Part shown: positions 35,654-44,446 of the stretch, piece after piece
Position numbering within the stretch: the first letter of the stretch is position 1
Layout of the letters: every line of letters starts with the position of its first letter
Assembly: GCA_964481225.1 (NCBI GenBank)
Contig: CAYZTE010000003.1
Location: 2,625-47,320, forward strand
Source: an uncultured archaeon
GTDB taxonomy: Archaea > Asgardarchaeota > Lokiarchaeia > Sigyniarchaeales > SOKP01
Reading direction: 5' to 3'
DNA length: 44,696 nucleotides
Position numbers and translations under genes: made by a program
Notes under the pieces: model-generated
What the model saw: only the letters and a program-made list of their open reading frames with translations
The model's database searches: none
What the model was told of the DNA's origin: nothing

Positions 35654-38533
35654 GTGGGATATAATATGGAAATCTTTCTAAAAAGAGCTGAAAAAGCTTT
35701 TATCGCTAAAATTGACGAAGAAAAGACATATAGATATTTTGCAGATATCAAACCTGCTTTAAAGCTAATTCCTAGCCAATTTAGTAGAGATTTGGGATCA
35801 GAAATCCCTAGACTTCTATTTAAAATTTCACAAACATTGAGTGATAAATCATCTGAAGCGACTGAAGGAATTTTGAAGCATATTTTAATCTTTACTCAAG
35901 TAATGAGGGAATTAACAGATAATAGTAGAACTGAAATCCATCAAGTTATAATGAAGCAAAGCCAAAATCAATACCGAAGTTTATTAGACTTACTGATAAA
36001 ATTTGTCGAAAAAGCAGAAAAGGGAGAATTTTTAGAAAATGAAAGTAATTTTGAAAACATCCTTATACATGTATTAGGGGTAAAAACTCAAGTTACTGCA
36101 TTTAAAGACACAGATTTATTTATAAAACGAGCTGAAAAACAATTTTTTGGAAAAATAGGACAAACAAAAGCAATTGAATTTTCTGAAAATATTATTCTTT
36201 TTTTAAAGGAAATTGATGATGAAATTCAAAACTATATGAGTTCAGAAATAGCTAAATACTTATTCAAATTCTCTCAAAACATTAATGATTTAGCACCTAA
36301 GACTTTAGAAAGTGTCTTAAGGCATATTTTACTATTCATAAAGGCAATTTCTGATTTAGGCGGAAAAACTATAGTCCTAATAAATCAAGATATAATAAGA
36401 AGAAGTAAGAAAAAATTAAGAGGATTATTTGATTTATTTAAAGCGTTTTTGGAAGAGGTAAGAAATGGAAATGAAATTAAATCAGAAGAAATTACTTTAG
36501 AAGATATTATTAACTATGTTTGTGGATTTGAAGAGGAATATATTCAATTTACCGATATAGGAGGTTTCCTAAAACGAGCTGAAAAAATATATGCTGAAAA
36601 AATTAGTAAAGAGAAGGCTAGCTCTTATACAGAAGATATCTTAAAGCTAATACCAGAGATCCCTGATATACATAGAACTTATATTGGATCTGATGTTGGA
36701 AAATTTTTGCTTACTTATTCAGAAAAAATAAAATTGATTAAACCAGAAGAGATCGAACGAATACTTTCAAGTACAATTTCTTTTTTATATTCAATTAAAG
36801 AATTAGACCATCTTAACCAAGAAGAAGTAAATAAAACGATACTTTTTCATTCAAATCAAAAGGCACGCAATTTACTTGAACTTTATAAATTATTTTTGGA
36901 AAAGTGTAAAGAAACCATATTTAAAGTGAAAGAACCAACTTTTAATGATATCCTTCTTCATGCTTTTGGATTACAAATAAGTCCTAAGACAATAAAAGAA
37001 GCACCTCCAATTCATAAATTAATGATAAATTCTCATAAAGAATTTCTTATAGCACGAGACCATGAAAAATGGGGATCTGCTATCTTCAAGGCAATCCCGA
37101 GATATCTTGAAATTCTGCAAAACAAACAAGGAGATAAAATTTTAAATGAGTTATGGGATATGACATTTCCTATGGACCATATTATACCTAAATTTCAAGA
37201 TAAGCTAGCTCAATTACCGCGAACAGATGAAAAACCCTTTGTTTCTAAATTATTAAATTTATTATCTCAACAGATACTAATTGATGAGACTCTTGATCGC
37301 GCATTAACAGGATCAGTTGCATATATTATGCTTGCAAGAGTTTTTATTGAAATATTTAGTGGAAAAAACGCAACTATTCGTGCGCTTAAAATAAGAGACC
37401 ATTTAGAAGAAAGAAGGAAAGCAAGTATAGAAAGGAAAAATGATATTGATTATAATATACAAAAAATACTTGAGGAGGATTTTAAAGCTATATATCGGAA
37501 ATCATTTATCCTCAAAACAATTATGAGAATTGTTTCTAATAAAGAATATTTTATTAAAATAACTGATCTTATTGAAGAAGATTATCCTAAAGAACTTGTG
37601 GAAGTATATACATCTCAAAATGCAGTAAAAACTATTGGAAAAGATTATTTAGATTCATCTCTCTATGGTGAAATTGTAATTGCTCTTAAATTCTTTCTTA
37701 AACATCTTGATTATATAAAAAATTTTTATGATAATTTTATTCACGATTTTCTTACAATACCTCTTGATGCGAAAAGAAAATTAGAAATCTTAAAAGATTC
37801 TTTTATGGTTTTATTAGACTTAAGAGAAAATCTTGAACCAAATCAATTTTATTCTAAAAATGTGGAAATTGCTGAACATCAAGTCTATTTTTCTATAATA
37901 AAATATCTTTATGAGCCATTATTGGATATATTTAAAATAGTCTTTTCTTTTTTAGAACAGAAAGAAGAATCGTTTAAAATTGTATCTTTACCAAAGTATT
38001 TAAGTGATGAGAAATATGAAAATAATTTTAAACAGATTCAAGAGATTGAAAAAGAGATAAAAGAACATCTAAGCAAAGGTTTTAATCATGATTCGGATAA
38101 AATAAAATGGTTAAAAAACTCTCTTGAACATAGAAATGCAGATGTTTTAAATTTCCAATTAGTAAACAATCTTTTGATGAAAATTGAAGAAATTAAAGAG
38201 ATGTTTCTTGTTAGAATGGAGTTTAGTAAGACTATGATTAATTTTTTAATAGAGCTTAAGAAAGTTCATCGAAATCTCCCTGCTGCTTTCTCTCTATTTA
38301 TTGAAAATATAGATATGTTTGATAAAGAAATTGATAATTTTATAGAACAAATTAAAAATGTCCAGAATTTAGGATTTATATTACCTAGTGAATTTGAGAC
38401 TCGAAAGAAAAGAGGGATTGAAGCAAAGCAACAATTATACGGATTAAAATCAAACCAGATTTTTATAGAACAAATTAAGGTTTTGCAAGAAATAAATCAA
38501 AAGAATATTTTATTTAATGGATTTAAAAATTGA
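35654..38533 (+). CDS. large all-alpha hypothetical protein with three N-terminal ~149-aa tandem repeats
   Basis: 959-aa ORF (GTG 35654; ATG 35666 is also possible). I recognise no enzymatic motif. It is K/E/I/L-rich and predicted helical. Confidence 0.6.
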   Translation: MGYNMEIFLKRAEKAFIAKIDEEKTYRYFADIKPALKLIPSQFSRDLGSEIPRLLFKISQTLSDKSSEATEGILKHILIFTQVMRELTDNSRTEIHQVIMKQSQNQYRSLLDLLIKFVEKAEKGEFLENESNFENILIHVLGVKTQVTAFKDTDLFIKRAEKQFFGKIGQTKAIEFSENIILFLKEIDDEIQNYMSSEIAKYLFKFSQNINDLAPKTLESVLRHILLFIKAISDLGGKTIVLINQDIIRRSKKKLRGLFDLFKAFLEEVRNGNEIKSEEITLEDIINYVCGFEEEYIQFTDIGGFLKRAEKIYAEKISKEKASSYTEDILKLIPEIPDIHRTYIGSDVGKFLLTYSEKIKLIKPEEIERILSSTISFLYSIKELDHLNQEEVNKTILFHSNQKARNLLELYKLFLEKCKETIFKVKEPTFNDILLHAFGLQISPKTIKEAPPIHKLMINSHKEFLIARDHEKWGSAIFKAIPRYLEILQNKQGDKILNELWDMTFPMDHIIPKFQDKLAQLPRTDEKPFVSKLLNLLSQQILIDETLDRALTGSVAYIMLARVFIEIFSGKNATIRALKIRDHLEERRKASIERKNDIDYNIQKILEEDFKAIYRKSFILKTIMRIVSNKEYFIKITDLIEEDYPKELVEVYTSQNAVKTIGKDYLDSSLYGEIVIALKFFLKHLDYIKNFYDNFIHDFLTIPLDAKRKLEILKDSFMVLLDLRENLEPNQFYSKNVEIAEHQVYFSIIKYLYEPLLDIFKIVFSFLEQKEESFKIVSLPKYLSDEKYENNFKQIQEIEKEIKEHLSKGFNHDSDKIKWLKNSLEHRNADVLNFQLVNNLLMKIEEIKEMFLVRMEFSKTMINFLIELKKVHRNLPAAFSLFIENIDMFDKEIDNFIEQIKNVQNLGFILPSEFETRKKRGIEAKQQLYGLKSNQIFIEQIKVLQEINQKNILFNGFKN
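35675..37018 (+). repeat. three in-frame ~447-nt (149-aa) tandem repeats inside the 959-aa ORF
   Basis: Repeat units start at residues F8, F156 and F305, each opening F[LI]KRAEK. Shared blocks are ...KYLFKFSQ/RLLFKISQ/KFLLTYSE..., ...L[KR]HIL[IL]F..., ...LLDLLIKFVEK/LFDLFKAFLEE/LLELYKLFLEK... and ...ILIHVLG/IINYVCG/ILLHAFG. A degenerate fourth unit may follow at ~456. Confidence 0.7.
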
Positions 38534-39335
38534 TATTTTTATTTCAACAAATATTTTTTATTATTTTTTATCTTTATTTTTAGGGAAATTGTTTAATAAT
38601 AGATATGAAAATATAACCTCTACTTCTTATTGGTTTTAAATAAAAGTAATAGATAGAATATTGGAGTATTAAAAATAAGGTTTATTTTTATTGTTACTTA
38701 AATAAACTAATATGAGATTAGATTATGTTAAATAACAAAAATATTTAATTTCTTGAGTTTATAAGATAGTGTTTTTTTAAAAATTTTAATTTTCTGTTAC
38801 TCAAATAAGAAGACGACATTATTTAGGACTTTTTCTTTTTCATTCCAATTTACTCATACTCGTTCAATCCTGACTTTTAACTTAATATTTTTATTTGGTG
38901 GTATAAATAATTCATAACATTATGTAGTGCCTAACTAACTAATCACATAATTGAGTTAACATCTTCTGAAAAGGTAATGATACCGATCTGCTTTTTATTA
39001 ACAGTATATATAATTAAACTCATTCAATATCGATACTTAATTTAAAAGTTATTGATTGGATTACAATTAATTTTATCTTACAAAAATTATATTGATAATT
39101 CAGAGAAATAGATAGGAATGGATTTGAGTAAAAATCATTGACTATGAGTTGATACGAGATGAATACGACTTAAATATGAGTAGAAATTAAAAAACATAAA
39201 ACGGGAATTAAAAAAATAACATTTCATTAGTGAATGCTTTCGAAATTTTTCCGACACTTTATATATTTACATCTGTTCTACCAGTTATTGATTTAAAAGT
39301 ATTATATATAAAAAAAATAATTAATAGGATCGGGA

Positions 39336-41810
39336 TCATTTATATATATGGACACCTCTCCTCTCTAAAATTTTTAACGACTCTGGGAGGGTTGTTAACT
39401 TGTTATCAACTAAACCAAGTGTATGGAGCGAGGTGAGGTTCCCTATGGACTCTGGGAGAATAGTTAAGTGATTGCTTCCTAACAATAGTGTTTTAAGCGA
39501 TTTTAGGTTGCTTATAGACTCAGGGAGAGTTGTTAACTTATTATCTCTCAAATATAGTATTTGGAGCGATGTAAGCTTTGTTATGGGCTCTGGGAGAGTC
39601 GTTAACTTGTTATCATTAATACTAAGTGTTTCGAGCGATGTAAGCTTTGTTATGGACTCAGGGAGAGTTGTTAGCTTATTATCACTTAAACTAAGTGTTT
39701 GAAGCGAGGAGAGGTTCCCTATGGACTCAGGGAGAGTCGTTAACTGATTGCTTCCTAACAATAGTGTTTTAAGCGAATTAAGGTTGCCTATCGACTCTGG
39801 GAGCGCGGTTAACTGATTATTCACCAAACTAAAACCATTGAGCGAGGAGAGGTTCCCTATGGACTCTGGGAGAGTCGTTAACTGATTGTCTTTCAAATTA
39901 AGATATGTGAGTGATTTTAGGTTCGATATTGATTCTGGGAGAATTGATATACCACAATCATGTAGACCAATCCCTATAATTTGATTGTTTTCAACTGAAA
40001 AGCCCATCTTAGTATTCCTTTCGACTTTATTAACTACATTAAATTTTTTACCGCATTGATCTTCAAGCTCTTGAAGAAAATCCGCTTGAAATTGAGGGAT
40101 TTGAACACCTTTAAAATTAATAATTTCCAAAATTTGATTTAGAATAATTTTTGAAATTTGATTTAAAATTTTAGGAAGATCTTCATGTTCCTCATACCAG
40201 ATTACATTTATACCAAATCGTAAATAGGATATTTCTTTTAAATTATAATACATCCTTAAGAAATTTTCAACATATGATTCATTACCATATCCATCACTTA
40301 TATCCCCCCCAAAAAAAATTTTTTTATCAATTCTTTTAAGAAAAACATAATGGGGTAAAATATTGGATTTATTTATTAGATATTGAAACCTTTTAACTCT
40401 TTTAAACAATAGACGACGTAAGTTTGGATCTTTTATCGAAAGGCCTATTAGTAAGCAATTATTATTTCCAAAGAATTTTAATTGAATTTTATTATTCCAT
40501 AAGGAATTATATTCAAATAAAGTAAAATAACCAATTTCAGATAGAATGATTTTACTATCAGGATTTTCCAAAAAACCATGGACGTGAAAAATATTAAATC
40601 TATATTCATCTGGATTATTTTTATAGTCCTCATAAGAAATTTCATCAGATATAATTTTAACGGAATTATAATCACTTTTAATTTTTTCAAAAATAGTTTT
40701 ATCGTAATCATAATTAATGATTTTGTTAATTCCAATACCACAAAGATTTGATAGAGTTTCAATTAATTCTGAATACACTATAGGTCTCTCATATAATTTT
40801 TGTTTTATAAGATCCTGGAATACTTCCTTAAAGTTATCCTTAAATATTTCCTCAATAGCAGACTGAATAAATTCTGCCTCAAATAAAGGATTATCTGACT
40901 CTTGCGTATGAATCCTTTTTGCAAAAAATTCTATACTAGCTGAATCTAAATCTGTTTTATAGCTCTCTACTACTTTAATCATTAGACCTTCTAAAAGTTT
41001 ATTCCAATCAGGAAGATTAGCATTCATAGATACTCCTGCTCCTAAACATAAAACTAAATCTCTAGGATTTTTTTTTTTAATTTCCTTTAATAAACATTCT
41101 TGAATATTTCTCGATTCTATCTCTTCTTTTTTAGGATCTCCGCAATAAACTCTCTTGAATGCCATTTGTAAAAAAAACTTTGAATACATAGAAATATATT
41201 TGATATAATCTAATGTTTTAAAAAGAAATTGATTCAGATCCCAAACTTCAAATTTAGATCTATCATGCAATATTGAGATTAAATCTCCTAATTCGGATCT
41301 AAATTTTTCTTTCATTCCTTCTCTAGAATCCTCCTCTAAAAATATTAGATCAATTACTAATATGTTATCAACTTGATAGGAGTTAGGAAAGTCTAAGTAA
41401 AACTCGGGGTGAAAGTAGAAGGACTCAGGGCTTTTTATTAAAATAAGAGTTTGACCAAGAGAATCTAATAATCCCTCACATATTATTACAGATTTATCAT
41501 GAAATTCAACCTTTTTATTATGGGAAACACAATAATAAAAAATAATTGTTTTAATTATATTTTCAAATATCATAGTAATATATATATAAATTTCCTTCTC
41601 TTTAAGACCGCTATGCATTTCTAAGAGAGTTTGATACCTCTGTTTAAAATCACTATCCTTTTCTAGGAGAGTTTCAAACATCCTTTTAAGATCATTATCC
41701 TTTTTCCAAAGAATTTCAAACCTCTCCTTAATATCTTTTATACCTTTTTTAAAAAGATCTCCATAAAACTTCCAATTTATGTTTTCTTCACTTATCTTTT
41801 TATCTGGCAT
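39336..41810 (-). CDS. SIR2_2-family (defence-type SIR2-like NADase) domain protein fused to C-terminal leucine-rich repeats
   Basis: 824 aa. The SIR2_2 hallmark blocks are DLVLCLGAGVSMNANLPDWNKLL (251-273), INKIINYDYD (361-370, putative catalytic Asn367), FNIFHVHGF (405-413, putative His411) and NNCLLIGLSIKDPNLRRLL (449-467). The C-terminus has eight 23-aa LRRs (LPESIGNLxSLxxLxLxxNxLTT, 620-805) plus a cap. The N-terminal 235 aa are unassigned. No Walker A is present. Confidence 0.85.
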   Translation of the reverse strand: MPDKKISEENINWKFYGDLFKKGIKDIKERFEILWKKDNDLKRMFETLLEKDSDFKQRYQTLLEMHSGLKEKEIYIYITMIFENIIKTIIFYYCVSHNKKVEFHDKSVIICEGLLDSLGQTLILIKSPESFYFHPEFYLDFPNSYQVDNILVIDLIFLEEDSREGMKEKFRSELGDLISILHDRSKFEVWDLNQFLFKTLDYIKYISMYSKFFLQMAFKRVYCGDPKKEEIESRNIQECLLKEIKKKNPRDLVLCLGAGVSMNANLPDWNKLLEGLMIKVVESYKTDLDSASIEFFAKRIHTQESDNPLFEAEFIQSAIEEIFKDNFKEVFQDLIKQKLYERPIVYSELIETLSNLCGIGINKIINYDYDKTIFEKIKSDYNSVKIISDEISYEDYKNNPDEYRFNIFHVHGFLENPDSKIILSEIGYFTLFEYNSLWNNKIQLKFFGNNNCLLIGLSIKDPNLRRLLFKRVKRFQYLINKSNILPHYVFLKRIDKKIFFGGDISDGYGNESYVENFLRMYYNLKEISYLRFGINVIWYEEHEDLPKILNQISKIILNQILEIINFKGVQIPQFQADFLQELEDQCGKKFNVVNKVERNTKMGFSVENNQIIGIGLHDCGISILPESISNLKSLTYLNLKDNQLTTLPESIGNLSSLNGFSLVNNQLTALPESIGNLNSLKTLLLGSNQLTTLPESIGNLSSLQTLSLSDNKLTTLPESITKLTSLETLSINDNKLTTLPEPITKLTSLQILYLRDNKLTTLPESISNLKSLKTLLLGSNHLTILPESIGNLTSLHTLGLVDNKLTTLPESLKILERRGVHIYK
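39366..39992 (-). repeat. 69-nt periodic coding repeats (8 LRR units plus cap)
   Basis: Recurrent strings on the + strand such as ggactctgggagagtcgttaac / ggactcagggagagttgttag recur every 69 nt. They are in frame with the 824-aa ORF. Confidence 0.85.
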
Positions 41811-42823
41811 TTTTCCAACTCTTATTTTATGTCAATATGAATTGTCATATAATTTGTAAATTATAATTATAAAAAGTTTTTGGGTCGAAAGTTAAAGCTG
41901 GGATAGAAATAGTATTGAAGAATAAAATGAGCAAGGGAAATATGTAGATTATTAAAATATAAAAATTAAATTTTAATCAAGTTTCAAAATTCTCTCACCT
42001 AAAATCTCAACTTTTTTTACCTATTCTTTACTTATTTCTACAGCTTTTTTTGCACGTTCCTTACAGTTGGAAACCAAGTTTCATCTAAAAGCTTGCCGAC
42101 TAGCGGTGGCCTAATGGTCCATGAGGTGAGAGGATTATCTACTCATATGCCGTCCTGCCGTCATATTAATAGATATAAGATTATGAATGATCTTAAAGGA
42201 TTGGAATTAAATCAAATAATAAAAGTGTTTAGAGATGAATTTATTCTACATGGATATAAATAAAGAATTTTTCGAGATAATTAAATACAGAAATTTCTCC
42301 CCTTTTGATTTACCTCTATTCTTTTATAGTAAGATTAATAAAATACTTTACCGAATTATTTGTTAAGTTTTCATCAATTGGGAATATAATTGAAATAATT
42401 AATCTTTTCAGGAAGGAAAGAATTTAGTAATTGAACCATTAAAATCTAATATTTCGAATAATCCCTTTCTTTCATCAATTAATTGAATATCTCTACTAAT
42501 TTCCCCCCTAAACCAATTTGTTTTCTTCAATTCATTTGCGTATTTTTTTCTTTCAATCAATTGTTGCTTATATTTAAATTTAAAGATTAATTTCTATAGA
42601 AAAAATATCGCCACAAAGCTCCTGAGACTATTCCGGTTAATAATATCATTGCTGTATTATATATTCTCTTGAAGAATCTCATTAAACTGAATATTAGTAA
42701 AATTAATGATAATATCAAAAGAATTGAAATTCCTATAATTTTGTAAAAATTTTCTCCTAAAGATTAAAGAATAAAGCCAATGCTAATATTTTTCTTTATT
42801 TATAAAAAAGATATTATTACCAT

Positions 42824-43033
42824 ATGAAAAAATGTGAGATTTGTCAGAAAGAATATGAAGAAAATGCTATTATTCCTTTTCGATTAAAAATTAGTCCAAG
42901 ATTAGGAAGAATAGGGGAGTCAATAGATTCTGATTATGTTAAACCAATAGACGTGAATGTTTGCGATCATTGTAAGGAAAGCAGAAAAGCAAAAATTATT
43001 AATAATTTTAAAAGCTTATTACCGTCAAAGTAA
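42824..43033 (+). CDS. small CxxC...CxxC Zn-ribbon-like hypothetical protein
   Basis: 69-aa ORF, MKKCEICQKEYE...VNVCDHCKESRK. It is short and abuts the IS copy B terminus, so coding status is uncertain. Confidence 0.35.
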   Translation: MKKCEICQKEYEENAIIPFRLKISPRLGRIGESIDSDYVKPIDVNVCDHCKESRKAKIINNFKSLLPSK

Positions 43034-43087
43034 TTTCATAGTAAAGAAGGTATGCCTCCTCATTATTAAATCGAAAGCAGAAATAAC

Positions 43088-44252
43088 TATTTATAACGAC
43101 GGAATTAAATTCGCAAAATTACATCGTGTTTTAATTTCTAATGATGGAAATTTAAATTTTTTTATAAATTTTATGAGCGCACGCTGAAACTTCTTGAAAG
43201 TGTCAAGGAAAGTGTTGTGCGTGACTTGTTTGCGTAAAAATTTCCAGAACCACTCCATTGGATTTAAATCGGGAGAATATGGAGGTAAAAAGAGAAGTTC
43301 GAGCCTGTCCTTGTCTGCATCCAAAAATGGCTCCAACTCCTTGGAATGGTACGCTCGAGCGTTGTCTAAGATTAAGAGGATTTTCCCTGAGTTCCTATAC
43401 CTGGTAAGGAGTCCTTCTAAAAAGTGTTGGAAATGAAAACCTTTTAACGCGTCAGAAAAAGCCACGTGAACTTTTCCAGCAAGGGGTTCAACTGCACCTA
43501 TTAGAGTTTGCCGTTGCCGACCGCCGTAGGTTAAGATTTCGGGCTGTTGCCCCTTCAACGACCACATACGAGTGATCGATGGTGAAAACTGAATGTTCGC
43601 CTCATCTTGGAAAAGAACTATGTCATTTTCTCCGAGAGAGTCCAGACTTTTTTAAAATCGTTTAAAAATTCCTTTTGTTTTTCAGGATCGGCTTTCGGAA
43701 AGGCATATCTTGGGTGTTGTAGCGTAAATCCTATTTCATGAAGGAGTCTCTGTGCTTGGCGAACGCTTAATTCCACGTTAAATTTCTGTTTAATGTGGTG
43801 CGCCACACTCTTCCCTTCCCAGTCGCCTAATTCATACCCTAATTCACGAGGGTGCGTTAACACATCCGCTTTTAACGATTCTTTTTGTTCTTCAGAAAGG
43901 CTTGAGGGACGCCCTGGAGGTGAATTTGGTGCGATAGTTTCTAATCCTCCTTCATTAAAGACCTTTATCTAGGTTTGAATCGTTTTTAGAGATCTTTTTA
44001 TCAGTTCTGCGACTATCGTGCAATTCACGAACTCGTGCATTAAAAATAAAGCGTGATATCCTTTTTCAGCTTAGGATTTTTTTCCTTTTTGTACAGCTCG
44101 ACCAGTTCGTCATGATCAGGTGATTTCCTTGTTATTTGAAGTTTTTCCATGAATTTAAGGGCAAAGAAAATCCTTATTTAAGGGTGTGATATCCAGGTGA
44201 TATGAAGGAAAAAGACTTAAAGCTTGTGTAATTATTTATATCGTTATAAATA
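43088..44252 (-). mobile_element. IS630/Tc1-mariner-family insertion sequence, copy B (decayed)
   Basis: A perfect 12-bp terminal inverted repeat tatttataacga (43088-43099) pairs with tcgttataaata (44241-44252). The outermost TA on each side is compatible with the TA target duplication typical of IS630. The transposase stop codon lies inside the left repeat. Confidence 0.8.
43091..44150 (-). pseudogene. IS630-family DDE transposase, disrupted (frameshift and TAG in the HTH region plus the shared -1 frame break)
   Basis: The N-terminus MEKLQITRKSPDHDELVELYKKEKNPKLKK then shifts frame relative to copy A. An in-frame TAG sits where copy A has TTG (..TIQT*IKVFNEGG..). The middle ORF 43618..43863 and the DDE ORF 43091..43567 (LFQDEAN in -1 frame, LILDNARAYHS, LPPYSPDLNPMEWFW) are in different frames. 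Confidence 0.8.
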
Positions 44253-44446
44253 AAATTCTAGATATTTTTTCTTCTTAGATTTATTTATTTACTTGAAGCA
44301 TATTTCATATTTTTTGAGAAACTTTCTTTAAGACTTAAATAATAAATCATAATAAAAATTTAAAAAAGTGAAACGGTATTATTTAATTTTAAATTTTATT
44401 AGAATTATTACCCTTCAGAAGTTAAATATTAATCATCAACTTGAAA

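Noticed and set aside
38841-39190. Apparent inverted repeat (cattccaatttactca versus ggaatggatttgagtaaa) in the 0.8-kb spacer between the convergent 959-aa and SIR2_2-LRR genes
   Set aside because: The matching sub-blocks occur in the wrong relative order for a true inverted repeat, and the matches are only 6-8 nt long. There is no support for a structured element or IS terminus.
39230-39702. Plus-strand ORFs 39230..39436 and 39472..39702 with repetitive peptides (DSGRVVNLLSL...)
   Set aside because: They are antisense shadows of the LRR coding repeats. Their repetitiveness is a by-product of the opposite-strand repeats, and they overlap the much longer, motif-supported minus-strand gene.
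39366-39992. Regularly spaced direct repeats that at first glance resemble a CRISPR array
   Set aside because: The period is exactly 69 nt with no unique spacers alternating with constant repeats. The whole stretch is in frame within the 824-aa minus-strand ORF and translates to canonical 23-aa leucine-rich repeats.
39336-41810. STAND/NLR-type NTPase (NACHT/NB-ARC) between the effector and the LRRs
   Set aside because: No Walker A (GxxxxGK[ST]) or Walker B-like motif occurs anywhere in the 824-aa protein. The N-terminal 235 aa are too short and lack P-loop features.
42090-42165. GC-rich patch in an AT-rich spacer, considered as a tRNA, tRNA fragment (att site) or small ncRNA
   Set aside because: I found no acceptor-stem pairing, no GTTCRANYC-type T-loop and no C/D or H/ACA boxes. 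Only a weak hairpin (atgag..ctcat) is present. It is better explained as a remnant of a transposase HTH coding segment, though an Rfam scan should confirm this.
34385-44252. Currently active composite transposon
   Set aside because: Both transposase genes are disrupted (nonsense codons and frameshifts). The left terminal repeat of copy A is degraded and the two copies have diverged substantially. At most this is a fossil of a composite element, or two independent old insertions.
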